From Bdellovibrionales bacterium (lineage in GTDB: Bacteria; Bdellovibrionota; UBA1018; CAIMNF01): a DNA stretch of 38,380 nt. The stretch covers positions 1 to 38,380 of the forward strand of contig JBEIJY010000028.1 of the NCBI GenBank assembly GCA_040380025.1, given 5' to 3'. This document shows positions 1-8,722 of this stretch, in pieces; position 1 is the first letter of the stretch; every line of letters begins with the position of its first letter. Below the pieces are notes generated by a model that was not told where the DNA came from, did not search any database, and was given only the letters and a program-made list of their open reading frames with translations. The position numbers and the translations under genes were made by a program.

Positions 1-88
1 CATATGAAAAAAGGATGGCCGACTCTCGCGAGCCAGGATGGCGAAAGCGAGGCCGGAGGACCCGGCTCGGAGGCCAGGCTTTTTTCAT
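1..88 (-). CDS. Possible 5' end of a gene running off the left edge of the window (MKKPGLRAGSSGLAFAILARESRPSFFHM...)
   Basis: ATG at 88 on the minus strand preceded by GGGGAA; open to the window edge; divergent from the K+ channel gene. Too short to identify. Confidence 0.3.
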   Translation of the reverse strand, partial: MKKAWPPSRVLRPRFRHPGSRESAILFSY

Positions 89-169
89 ATGGGCCCGTTC
101 CCCGGCAAAAGCGAAATCATAAAAAGGCAAATCAGGCGAGGGACCCGTCATCCATGATACCTTGCCCCC

Positions 170-541
170 ATGGCACCATCCCTGAAAAAGCACCATGAGT
201 TCATGTGGTCCTACTTCAAACTCCTGATGATCCGGATCCTCGAGCGTCCGGCCTTCGTGTTCCTGGGCGGGGTCAGCTTCACGGTGATTCTGTTCTTCTC
301 GATTCTGATTTATGCGATCGAGCACTCCGTGAATCCCAAAATCCAAAGCTACATCGATGCCCTTTATTTCACGGTCGCGACCCTGACCTCGGTGGGCTAC
401 GGCGACATCGCACCGATCACGCTGATGGGCCGGATCACGGCGATCGTGATGATGTTGCTCGGGACATTCATTTTTGTCTCGTTCACCGGAGTCGTCGGAT
501 CGACCGTCATCGAGCTCGAGATGGAGCGGAAGCAGGATTGA
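170..541 (+). CDS. Two-TM potassium channel (KcsA-like ion channel family)
   Basis: Two hydrophobic helices flanking the pore motif LYFTVATLTSVGYGDIAP; extended -10 TGnTACCTT 6 nt before the ATG. Confidence 0.9.
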   Translation: MAPSLKKHHEFMWSYFKLLMIRILERPAFVFLGGVSFTVILFFSILIYAIEHSVNPKIQSYIDALYFTVATLTSVGYGDIAPITLMGRITAIVMMLLGTFIFVSFTGVVGSTVIELEMERKQD

Positions 542-1259
542 ACTCGAACACCCGGATCGCGCGTTTTTTCAAAAGCCGGTGCTCGGGCACGGGCGAGCTC
601 TCTTCGACCTCGATCAGGAATTCCGAACGGTCGTATCCGAGCCGCTCGAATTCCCGTAACGCAAGCTCAAGATAGGACCGGCCCGGATCCGAGAGCAGAA
701 TCGTACCCGAGGCTCCGGCAAGGCGCGCGAGTGCCGCCACCAGTTCTTCGGGATGCCTCCGCTCGTAAAGCACATCGCTTGCCAGGACAAAATCAAAAGG
801 ATCGCTTCCGATCTCCCGAGGAATCGCAGGCGATGTCCAATCCCATTGCAGGTACCGGATCGAGACTCCGTTCCGGTCGGCATTTTTCTTGAGCCAGAAT
901 CCGGTATCGGGATGAAAATCCGTCGCGATCACCTGCGAGCCGAGCTTTGCGGCGACAACCGAGGGAAGCCCGAGCCCGCATCCCGCTTCGATGACTCTCT
1001 TGCCCGAAAATCTTCCCCGACGCGCGCACATGAATTCCCCGAGGGCGCGGGCCGAGGGCCAGATCGTCGCAAAGTACGGACACAAATCGAGAAGTCTTGA
1101 TTCTTCTTCGGGTGTCTTCGGTTCGTACTCCGAACAAATCCGGTCGAGAGCCGCATCCATGTCGCGAATCGAGTACAGGTGGAGAGGCATGCCGCCGATT
1201 TTCTCGATGGTGGCATTCATTTGGTAGTCGATCAGCGGAGACTGCAGGGGCTTCATCAC
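507..1259 (-). CDS. Class I SAM-dependent methyltransferase, protein-lysine methyltransferase-like (Methyltransf_16 type)
   Basis: Motifs PYFATIWPSARAL, VIEAGCGLGL, ATDFH, FDFVLASDVLYE, SDPGR. Confidence 0.85.
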   Translation of the reverse strand: MMKPLQSPLIDYQMNATIEKIGGMPLHLYSIRDMDAALDRICSEYEPKTPEEESRLLDLCPYFATIWPSARALGEFMCARRGRFSGKRVIEAGCGLGLPSVVAAKLGSQVIATDFHPDTGFWLKKNADRNGVSIRYLQWDWTSPAIPREIGSDPFDFVLASDVLYERRHPEELVAALARLAGASGTILLSDPGRSYLELALREFERLGYDRSEFLIEVEESSPVPEHRLLKKRAIRVFEFNPASAPSRAR

Positions 1260-1339
1260 ATCGGCATTGTAAAGGAAGGGCGCGCCCGATACAAATGATA
1301 CATGGGAATTCCGATCATCACAGGAAGTCGCACGAAGGT

Positions 1340-3058
1340 ATGAAGATTGATCCGCGCACCGGCTCGAATCCGGCCGTCCGGTTCGAGCATCATCCCGCAG
1401 TCCGCGGCGAGATTTATCGCCTGGGCGGCAAGCCTTATCGCGAGTCGGTCATCGAGGAAGTGATCGGGCGGACCATGTCGGACTTTGCGGGAGCCGACCC
1501 GCGGATGCTCCTCGAAGAGACGATCTATCAGGAGCGGATCCGCACCCGGAAGGTGCGGGCCGGATGGATCACCTCGCCTTATCTGGCGCAACGAAACCAC
1601 CGCGACCGGAAGTTTCTTGCCGAGGTGGGTTCGCGCATGAAGTCCTGCATCGGTCTCGAGGATCATCGGGCCCTGCTCGAGCGGGTGTCGGATCACTTCG
1701 CGACCGAGATTTGCGGGAACTTCGAACCCGCCATGTACGACTTCGCGATCCGGATGGTACCGTGGATGTTCAGCTGGCTCTTGAATGCCGCAAGCGTCCA
1801 GCGGTTTCTGCCGTTCGGGATGAGTGAGAGCCTCCAGTCGAGGCTTCGTGTGGTGGGCGAGGTCGAGCACCTGCAAAAGCTTGCAAAAAAAGGCACGATT
1901 CTTCTGGTTCCGACCCATCTTTCCAACATCGACAGTCTTCTCGTCGGCTACTCGATTCACCTCATGTCCCTGCCGCCGTTCGCGTACGGAGCGGGGCTGA
2001 ACCTGTTCAGCAATCCGCTCTTGAGTTTCTCGATGTCGCGTCTCGGGGCTTATACGGTCGACCGGCAAAAATCGAGCAGTCTCTACAAGGGAGCACTCAA
2101 GAACTATTCCACGAGCATCCTGAAGCGGGGGATTCACAGCATTTTCTTTCCGGCCGGGGGGCGGGTCCGCTCGGGCGCGATTGAGAGCCATCTCAAGCTC
2201 GGGCTTCTCGGAACCGCTCTTCAGGCGCAGCTCGAGCGGTATCGCGAGAATCATCCGAATCCGAACCTGTATGTCGTCCCGATGGTGATGAATTATCCGT
2301 TCGTGTTCGAGGCCGCATCCCTGATCGAGGATTATCTTGCGGCTTCCGGGAAGCATCGATTCACTCCGAACGACGGAGGCGAGGCGGTTCCGTTTTTGAA
2401 CACCATGAAGTTCTTCTGGAAGATCTTCTCGACCCGCTCCGAGATGTGGGTGCGGATCGGAAAACCCCTCGATGTGTTCGGAAACTTCGTCGACGAGAAC
2501 GGCATCTCGCTCGGACCGAACGACACCACGATCGACCCGCGGCGGTTTTTCATGACCAAAGGCGAGATCCGCGCTGTTCCCCAGCGCGATCGCGAGTACA
2601 CGTCCATGCTCGGGCAGAGAGTCTCGGAGCGGTATCATGCCGAGAATGTCGTGTTGAGCTCGCATCTGGTGGCCTATTCGCTGTTCTCGGCGCTAAGAAA
2701 GCAATATCCCGCGCTCGATCTCTTCCGGTTCCTGACCCTCTCCCGCGCTCAACGCGCGATTCCGGGGGAGCGATTTTATGAAGAGGCCGAGGCGTGCTTC
2801 AGGATGGTCAAGGCGGCGGCCGACCAGGGGCGTTTGTTCTTGTCGACGCCCCTGCACTGCGGAGATGTGAAAATCTGGGTCGAGGACGGAGTGCGTCAGC
2901 TCGGATTGTTCCATGATGCCAAAGTGGTGAAGATCGAAGACGGGGCGTTTTCGACCGAAGACATGAGTTTGCTTTATTACTATCGCAACCGGCTGACCGG
3001 ATACGGCTTCGGGTGCGACTTTGCCGGAGAAACCGATGAGCAGGGATTTTTGGTCTGA
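1340..3058 (+). CDS. Glycerol-3-phosphate acyltransferase (PlsB/GPAT-like acyltransferase)
   Basis: Acyltransferase motifs LVPTHLSNID (HxxxxD), AGLNLF, FFPAGGRVRSG, KLGLL; directly upstream of and overlapping gpsA. Start set at ATG 1340; the ORF-track start at 1097 overlaps the divergent gene. Confidence 0.85.
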   Translation: MKIDPRTGSNPAVRFEHHPAVRGEIYRLGGKPYRESVIEEVIGRTMSDFAGADPRMLLEETIYQERIRTRKVRAGWITSPYLAQRNHRDRKFLAEVGSRMKSCIGLEDHRALLERVSDHFATEICGNFEPAMYDFAIRMVPWMFSWLLNAASVQRFLPFGMSESLQSRLRVVGEVEHLQKLAKKGTILLVPTHLSNIDSLLVGYSIHLMSLPPFAYGAGLNLFSNPLLSFSMSRLGAYTVDRQKSSSLYKGALKNYSTSILKRGIHSIFFPAGGRVRSGAIESHLKLGLLGTALQAQLERYRENHPNPNLYVVPMVMNYPFVFEAASLIEDYLAASGKHRFTPNDGGEAVPFLNTMKFFWKIFSTRSEMWVRIGKPLDVFGNFVDENGISLGPNDTTIDPRRFFMTKGEIRAVPQRDREYTSMLGQRVSERYHAENVVLSSHLVAYSLFSALRKQYPALDLFRFLTLSRAQRAIPGERFYEEAEACFRMVKAAADQGRLFLSTPLHCGDVKIWVEDGVRQLGLFHDAKVVKIEDGAFSTEDMSLLYYYRNRLTGYGFGCDFAGETDEQGFLV

Positions 3059-4058
3059 TTCCAGGGTCGTGATTCTGGGCGGCGGGAGCTTCGGGACGGT
3101 GCTTGCGAATCTCGCCGCGAAGAATTGCAGCGAGGTCACCTTGCAGGTGCGGGCCGAGGATCAGGCGCGCGCCATGAATTCGACCCGCATGAATCCGAAT
3201 TACGTGAAGGATCTGGTGCTCGATCCGAAGATCCGCGCCGTCAGCAGTTACGAAAAGGCCTTCGAGCGCGAGGCCGATCTCGTGATCTTCGCGCTTCCCT
3301 CGCATGCTGCGCGCGAGCAGGCCAAAATTGTGGCGCCGTTCCTCAGGGGAAGCGAGCTCGTGATCCATGCCACCAAAGGACTCGAAGAACACAGCCTGAA
3401 GCGCATCTCGCAGGTGCTGGCCGAGGAGTTGCCGGTGATCCGGATCGGGGCGATTTCGGGCCCGAATCTCGCGGGCGAGATCGCGCGCGGGGAACCGGCG
3501 GCAACCGTCGTGGCTTCGCGCTTTGATGATGTGCTCGAAGCCGGTCGCCGGATTTTTTCGACTCCCTCATTCCGCGTCTACACCACCCATGATCTGATCG
3601 GCGTCGAGTGGGGTGGGACACTGAAGAATATTTTTGCGATCGCAAGCGGGATGCTCGAGAGCAAGGGCCTCGGCTGGAATGCGAAGTCCCTTTTGCTTTC
3701 GCGCGGGCTTGCCGAGATGGTCCGGTTCGGGGTTGCGATGGGGGCCGATCCGCGCACGTTTCTCGGGCTCTCGGGCATGGGCGATCTGATCGCCACCTGC
3801 AGTTCGAGTCAGTCGAGGAACTTCCGGGTGGGATATCATCTTGCCAAGGGCGAGACGCTTTCGGACGTGCTCTCGGAGCTCGGACAGGTGGCCGAGGGGG
3901 TCCGGACCGCGCGGATCATCCATGAATTCGCGAGATCGCGGAATGTCGAGATGCCGATCACCGAGGTGGTGTACCGGATCATCGATGGTGCGTGGAGCGT
4001 CGATGAGGGGCTTCAGCACCTGATGACGAGGCCCGCAGTCGAGGACGAATGGAGTTGA
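3036..4058 (+). CDS. gpsA: NAD(P)H-dependent glycerol-3-phosphate dehydrogenase
   Basis: GGGSFG Rossmann motif, ATKGLE, SGPNLA, GGTLKN, GLSGMGDLIATC, SRN; GGAGA RBS before ATG 3036. Confidence 0.96.
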   Translation: MSRDFWSDSRVVILGGGSFGTVLANLAAKNCSEVTLQVRAEDQARAMNSTRMNPNYVKDLVLDPKIRAVSSYEKAFEREADLVIFALPSHAAREQAKIVAPFLRGSELVIHATKGLEEHSLKRISQVLAEELPVIRIGAISGPNLAGEIARGEPAATVVASRFDDVLEAGRRIFSTPSFRVYTTHDLIGVEWGGTLKNIFAIASGMLESKGLGWNAKSLLLSRGLAEMVRFGVAMGADPRTFLGLSGMGDLIATCSSSQSRNFRVGYHLAKGETLSDVLSELGQVAEGVRTARIIHEFARSRNVEMPITEVVYRIIDGAWSVDEGLQHLMTRPAVEDEWS

Positions 4059-4077
4059 GACGAATGGGGTTGATAAC

Positions 4078-5088
4078 ATGACAACGATCAAAGAGAGACT
4101 TCAGGATCTATTGGGATTCGAGCCGGTTCTGGCTCTGACGGCGGCGGCGCTCGGGGCGTATGTCCTGTACCGGTTCTTGTTCAGTCGGTTGAATGATTCG
4201 CGCCGAAGGCTTTTTCGTGAGATGTTCGCGTCTCTTCTCCGGGCCTACACGATGTTCGTGGTTCTCTTTGGTGCACAGTGGGTGATCCTCGAACGGGGCG
4301 AGGAGTGGGCGCGATTCTACCCCTATTTCGGGGTTCTGGCAGTCGTGCTCGGATCGCTCGTGTTTGTCCGGATCGTGAAGATCGTCGTGTTCGAGTATTT
4401 GTTCTTCAAAAGCGCGACCGCGGGAGTGCCGGTGCTCCTCGTGAACCTCGTGACTCTCGGGATTTCCATCTTCATCGCGGCTTGGATCTCGACCGCGGTT
4501 TTCGGGGTGCGGCTCGCGCCCCTTCTGGCCACCTCGGCGCTCGTGTCGGTCGTCCTCGGTCTTGCCTTGCAAGACACGCTGGGAAATCTGTTCGCCGGCG
4601 TTGCCCTCCAGTTCGACAAACCCTACGAGATCGGAGACTGGATCGAGGTCCATGGTCCGAGCGGGCAGGTGTTCACGGGCGAGGTCCACGAGATCACTTG
4701 GCGGGCGACCACGCTTTTCGGCCTGTTTGACGAAGTGCTCGTTCTGCCGAACCGGCTTGTAGCACAGTCGGATGTGTCGAATTATTCGGCACGAAAGAAG
4801 CCGATTTACCGCGGGCTCAACATCGTCGTGGATCCGGCGTCCGATGAGGCCGTGATGAAGGAGATCCTTCACAGAATCTTGCGCGAGACCAAAGGAGTTC
4901 TGCAAGGGCCCGAGCATCTGGTGATGCTCCGGGAGGTCTCCGAGAAGGGGGCACTGTACCGCTTGTTTTATCCGATCGATCACTTCTCGCGGCAGTACAT
5001 CATTGTCGACGAGATCCTGATGCGCGCGCAGGCCGAGCTGAAAAAAGCCGGCATTCAGACCTCACAGCTCCGGGTCAAGACCTCCTGA
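4078..5088 (+). CDS. Small-conductance mechanosensitive channel, MscS family
   Basis: N-terminal TM helices and the signature GLALQDTLGNLFAGVALQFDKPYEIGDWIE...GEVHEITWRAT...LPN. Confidence 0.93.
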   Translation: MTTIKERLQDLLGFEPVLALTAAALGAYVLYRFLFSRLNDSRRRLFREMFASLLRAYTMFVVLFGAQWVILERGEEWARFYPYFGVLAVVLGSLVFVRIVKIVVFEYLFFKSATAGVPVLLVNLVTLGISIFIAAWISTAVFGVRLAPLLATSALVSVVLGLALQDTLGNLFAGVALQFDKPYEIGDWIEVHGPSGQVFTGEVHEITWRATTLFGLFDEVLVLPNRLVAQSDVSNYSARKKPIYRGLNIVVDPASDEAVMKEILHRILRETKGVLQGPEHLVMLREVSEKGALYRLFYPIDHFSRQYIIVDEILMRAQAELKKAGIQTSQLRVKTS

Positions 5089-5102
5089 TTTTCACGTTCC
5101 TG

Positions 5103-5294
5103 TCATGGCACCTCGACCCAGGCAAGGTCGGGGGTCTTGCCGTGGACCTTGAGGCAAAGGTTTGATTTCCCGACGTGTCCCTCTTCATAAAGAAGAGTCT
5201 CCCATTGATCCCGGGAAACCCGGACCTCTGCGGACTTCAGGATGCCACTCGATTCAGGGCTGATTCCGTAGATGCAGAACAACACAATGAGCAC
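5103..5294 (-). CDS. Small hypothetical protein (63 aa)
   Basis: GTG start with GGAGG RBS 8 nt upstream; fills the gap between mscS and greB; sigma54-like motif upstream. Confidence 0.45.
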   Translation of the reverse strand: MLIVLFCIYGISPESSGILKSAEVRVSRDQWETLLYEEGHVGKSNLCLKVHGKTPDLAWVEVP

Positions 5295-5321
5295 AGAACG
5301 ATCCTCCGGTACGCATGGATT

Positions 5322-5337
5322 TGCATCCTTCGTGCCG
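5322..5337 (-). promoter_or_regulatory. Sigma54-like -24/-12 promoter (CGGCACG-AAGG-ATGCA)
   Basis: GG-N10-GC spacing and close match to TGGCACG-N4-TTGCA, upstream of the 63-aa ORF. Confidence 0.4.
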
Positions 5338-5350
5338 TGTCGTCCTTGCT

Positions 5351-5827
5351 TCAGGGAATCTCCAGATACCGGATGGTGACGATCTCGAGTTCCTCTTCTC
5401 CTTTGGGAGACCGAAACTGGGCCAGATCGCCCGATCTTTTATTCAAAAGGGATGTGGCAAGGGGAGAGATCCAGGAGATTTTTCCGAGCGCGGGCTCGCT
5501 CTCGTCGATGCCGACAATCCGGATGGTTCTCTCTTCTCCGGCTTCGGTCTGATAGGTCACGGTGGCGCCGAACTGGACACGCTCGCTCTTCACCGCGCAG
5601 GGATCGATCACCTCGGCGATTTCAAGACGTTTGGACAAGAACCGGATTCTCCGGTCGATCTCGCGGAGTCGTTTTTTTCCGTACTGGTAATCGGCGTTCT
5701 CGGAGCGGTCGCCGTTCGAGGCGGCCCAGGCCACGACCTGGGTGAGATCAGGTCGCGTTTTGTTCAGAAGCTCATGGAGCTCGGCCTTCAGTTTCTGAAA
5801 ACCCTTCGGGGTGATGTAGTTTTTCAT
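5351..5827 (-). CDS. greB: Transcription elongation factor GreB
   Basis: NYITPKG...WAASNGDRSENADYQYGKKRLREIDRRIRFL...ISWISPLA; GGAG RBS. Confidence 0.97.
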   Translation of the reverse strand: MKNYITPKGFQKLKAELHELLNKTRPDLTQVVAWAASNGDRSENADYQYGKKRLREIDRRIRFLSKRLEIAEVIDPCAVKSERVQFGATVTYQTEAGEERTIRIVGIDESEPALGKISWISPLATSLLNKRSGDLAQFRSPKGEEELEIVTIRYLEIP

Positions 5828-5872
5828 CGGTCTCCGAAATTACGGCATGGTTCCCGCAAAGGCAAGAATCGC

Positions 5873-6244
5873 ATGTTTCAGGGCGCACGCAACAAAACCG
5901 AGGCCGGGACGAAATACGAGCAAATGGCCGAGCGGCATCTTCTCGAAAAAGGATATCGGTTTTTGGGGCGCAATGTGCGGGTCCGCGGAGGCGAGATCGA
6001 TCTCCTTTTTGAAGACTGGAGCCGCGGCACGGGAGTTCTGGTGCTGGTCGAAGTGAGGATGCGCGATCCTCGCTCGTTCGAGACGCCCGAGGAGTCCCTC
6101 CGGCCCGCGAAGATCGAATGCCTGAAGCGGGCGGCAAGGATGTTTCTTTTGAAGTACCGTGGAAAAGCGCAGGAGCTGCGGTTCGATCTGGTCGCGGTGA
6201 GCGGCGCCACGATCCGGCATCATGAGGACTTCCTCCGCGAGTGA
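5873..6244 (+). CDS. yraN: YraN/UPF0102 family PD-(D/E)xK endonuclease-like protein
   Basis: GTKYEQMAERHL..KGYRFLGRN...GGEIDL...LVLVEVR...RFDLVAV pattern; upstream of rsmI. Confidence 0.9.
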   Translation: MFQGARNKTEAGTKYEQMAERHLLEKGYRFLGRNVRVRGGEIDLLFEDWSRGTGVLVLVEVRMRDPRSFETPEESLRPAKIECLKRAARMFLLKYRGKAQELRFDLVAVSGATIRHHEDFLRE

Positions 6245-6270
6245 ACGGAGCAGGGCAGGGCGGGTGTCCG

Positions 6271-6639
6271 CTACTGGTCGAGCGCGGGCTTTCCGGGGCT
6301 CCGGGCAGGCGTCTGCTCCTCGAAGAAGTCGAATTCGTTCTCGCCATCAAAGGCCTTCATGATCTTCTTGAATTCCGAACGGACGCCGCAGTATCGCGGA
6401 ACCACATCGGTGTTTTGTTGGATCGCCTTCAGTGCCTGCACGAACTGGGTGATTCCGGACGAGCCCACGAACTCGAGATTCTTCAGGTTCAGGATGATGT
6501 TCCGGGCGGACTGGTCCCGTTTGTGATCGGCCAGGGTGCGGTTGATCAGACCCGCAACCTCGTCGCGGGTCTCGTGGTCGATTCTTCCGTCGAGCGAGAT
6601 GATGATCGATTCGTCGGTCCGTTGGATTCGTGCTTTCAT
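6271..6639 (-). CDS. STAS-domain anti-sigma factor antagonist
   Basis: IISLDGRID...IILNLKNLEFVGSSGI motif with the phosphorylatable Ser; AAGGAG RBS before ATG 6639. Confidence 0.88.
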   Translation of the reverse strand: MKARIQRTDESIIISLDGRIDHETRDEVAGLINRTLADHKRDQSARNIILNLKNLEFVGSSGITQFVQALKAIQQNTDVVPRYCGVRSEFKKIMKAFDGENEFDFFEEQTPARSPGKPALDQ

Positions 6640-6747
6640 TTTCACTCCTTGAAAAGTACTCTCCCGTTCAGGATGTCAGCAAAAAACCCGCCGGACAATC
6701 GGCAGAATTTACCCGAAAATCCGTTCGAGTCTCCCTCCGCGGGCCGC

Positions 6748-7632
6748 ATGCCCGGACCGCGGATCTCGATGATCGCAACCCCGATCGGAAATCTTCGCGA
6801 TCTGACGATGCGGGCACGGGAAGCCCTTGAGGGCGTTGACGAACTCTGGTGCGAAGACACACGGCACACCCAGAAGCTCCTGAGTGCTCTCGGGGTCGCA
6901 GGAAAACGCTTGCGGCGTCTGGATCAGCATGTCCGCGAGGAAGAGCTGCGTGCGATGCTGAAGGAGGTCTCGCTCCGCCGCCAATGGGTTGGCGTGGTCA
7001 CGGATGCCGGAACCCCCGGACTCAGTGATCCCGGGGCGCTGATCGGGCAATTGGCCGAAGAATTCCCGGAGATCCGGCTCGAGCCTGTGCCCGGCCCCTC
7101 GGCGCTGTCGGCACTGGTGTCGATCGGGGGGCTTCCGGGAAGTTCCTTTTATTTTCACGGTTTTTTTCCTCGTGAGGAGCGGGAAGCGCGGGATTTGTTG
7201 GAGCGGCTTTTGAAGTCCGGAGCCACCCGGAGCCTGATTTTTTTTGAAAGTCCGCACCGGATCCGCGCCGCAATCCGTCTGCTCGGGGATTGGTGCGGGG
7301 AGACGGGCGCTTCGCCCGGGTTCGTATTTGCCAAAGAGCTCACGAAGCTTCACGAACAGGTATTCCGGGGAGAGGGGGCGGGCTTCCTGAAAACCGTGCA
7401 AGATCGGATTGTTGACGAGCGCGGCGAGTGGGCGTTCGTGATTATTTTACCTAAAGTTAGTGTAAAAAACGAACTGCCGGAAGCGGAATGGGGCACGACG
7501 CTTCAATGTCTTCTGGATGCCGGGATTTCGGCCGGAATCGCGGCGCGAATTCTCTCGGAGCGGTACCCGGTCGCGAAAAATTTGGCGTACAAGCGCGCAC
7601 TGGAATTGCAAAAAAAAGCGGAGAACCACTAA
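6748..7632 (+). CDS. rsmI: 16S rRNA (cytidine1402-2'-O)-methyltransferase
   Basis: ATPIGNL, CEDTRHT, VTDAGTPGLSDPG, PVPGPSAL, FFESPHR, KELTKLHE, RGEW; alternative start at 6673. Confidence 0.95.
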   Translation: MPGPRISMIATPIGNLRDLTMRAREALEGVDELWCEDTRHTQKLLSALGVAGKRLRRLDQHVREEELRAMLKEVSLRRQWVGVVTDAGTPGLSDPGALIGQLAEEFPEIRLEPVPGPSALSALVSIGGLPGSSFYFHGFFPREEREARDLLERLLKSGATRSLIFFESPHRIRAAIRLLGDWCGETGASPGFVFAKELTKLHEQVFRGEGAGFLKTVQDRIVDERGEWAFVIILPKVSVKNELPEAEWGTTLQCLLDAGISAGIAARILSERYPVAKNLAYKRALELQKKAENH

Positions 7633-7637
7633 ATCTG

Positions 7638-7665
7638 TTGACCCCGTTCGGAACCCTTGTATCCT
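7638..7665 (+). promoter_or_regulatory. Sigma70-like promoter TTGACC-N16-TATCCT
   Basis: Hexamers at 7638-7643 and 7660-7665, immediately after the rsmI stop. Confidence 0.55.
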
Positions 7666-7671
7666 GAGGAT

Positions 7672-7707
7672 GTGTGGTTGTGGTTGAGTCCATGGACGGA
7701 TTCGTAG
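7672..7707 (+). CDS. Putative leaderless Trp-rich leader peptide (GTG-W-L-W-L-S-P-W-T-D-S-stop)
   Basis: GTG lies 6 nt after the -10 hexamer (expected +1); 3 TGG codons in 11 sense codons; followed by hairpins and a terminator. Confidence 0.4.
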   Translation: MWLWLSPWTDS

Positions 7708-7760
7708 CGGGAGAAAAAATCTCTGTTCTGGCGGCCGGGCGCCGCTGAAAAAGCTCCACC

Positions 7761-7803
7761 GCCCTGGAGGGTTCAGGAAGAATCCTCCAGGGCTTTTCTT
7801 TTT
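7761..7803 (+). terminator. Strong intrinsic terminator upstream of accD
   Basis: GCCCTGGAGGGTTC-AGGAA-GAATCCTCCAGGGC (14-bp stem incl. one G-U) followed by TTTTCTTTTT. Confidence 0.85.
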
Positions 7804-7855
7804 CCGGCAGATTCACGATGCGAGGAAGCGACATTCCTGATAGTCTCGGGATGTT

Positions 7856-8722
7856 ATGTCATCCTGGTTTGACGATCTTAAAACTCCACGATTCAAAGGG
7901 GAGCCCCAGGCCCGGGTTGCCAAGGTTCCGGAAGGCCTTTGGGGCAAGTGTCCCCAATGCGGCGAAATCATCCAGACGCGCCAACTGCAGGACAACTTCT
8001 CGGTGTGCGGCGAGTGCGACCATCATCTCCGGATTTCGGCGCTCGATCGGGTTGCGCTCCTGACCGACGAGAATTCATTTATCCCGTACGGCGAGGATTT
8101 CCGCTCGAACGATCCCCTGCAGTTCGACGATTCCAAGCCCTATCGCGACCGCCTCGCGCAGGCCATGAAAAGCCACAAACTGAATGATGCCTTTCTCTCG
8201 GGCAAAGGCGCACTGAACGGCCTTCCGTTTCATCTGGGAGTGTTTGAGTTCAAATTCATGGGCGGAAGCATGGGGAGCGTGGTCGGAGAAAAAATCACCA
8301 TGACCCTGGAGCGGGCGCTCGAGGACCGTGTGCCTGCGGTGGTGGTTTCGGCGAGCGGCGGTGCTCGCATGCAAGAGGGGATTCTTTCTCTCATGCAGAT
8401 GGCGAAGACCTCGGCCGTGATCCAGCGGATGCGCGAGGAGGGGATTCCCTACATCTCGATCCTGACCGATCCGACGACCGGCGGAGTGGCGGCCTCGTTC
8501 GCCTCGTTGGGAGACGTCATTCTTGCCGAGCCCAAAGCGCTGATCGGGTTCGCAGGGCCGCGGGTCATCGAGCAGACGATCCGTCAGAAGCTCCCGGAAG
8601 GGTTCCAAAGAAGCGAGTTCCTGCTCAAGCACGGATTTGTCGACCGGATCGTCCATCGCCGGGAGATGCGTTCTGAGCTTCATCAGCTCTTTTTGCGTCT
8701 AGGGAATAGGTGCAAGTTCTAA
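7856..8722 (+). CDS. accD: Acetyl-CoA carboxylase carboxyltransferase beta subunit
   Basis: PEGLWGKCPQC..VCGEC Zn finger, FMGGSMGSVVGEK, SGGARMQEG, DPTTGGVAAS, GFAGPRVIEQT. Confidence 0.98.
   Translation: MSSWFDDLKTPRFKGEPQARVAKVPEGLWGKCPQCGEIIQTRQLQDNFSVCGECDHHLRISALDRVALLTDENSFIPYGEDFRSNDPLQFDDSKPYRDRLAQAMKSHKLNDAFLSGKGALNGLPFHLGVFEFKFMGGSMGSVVGEKITMTLERALEDRVPAVVVSASGGARMQEGILSLMQMAKTSAVIQRMREEGIPYISILTDPTTGGVAASFASLGDVILAEPKALIGFAGPRVIEQTIRQKLPEGFQRSEFLLKHGFVDRIVHRREMRSELHQLFLRLGNRCKF

Noticed and set aside
5315..7632. ORF-track N-terminal extensions suggesting fusions for yraN (5315) and rsmI (6241); likewise plsB (1097), glycosyltransferase (22202) and the PLP enzyme (20684)
   Set aside because: The extensions overlap real neighbouring genes and family motifs begin at downstream ATGs.
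7633..7810. 6S RNA, T-box or a known riboswitch in the rsmI-accD gap
   Set aside because: No long closing stem with central bubble (6S), no T-box UGGNACC motif and no riboswitch consensus that I recognise; an Rfam search would be decisive.
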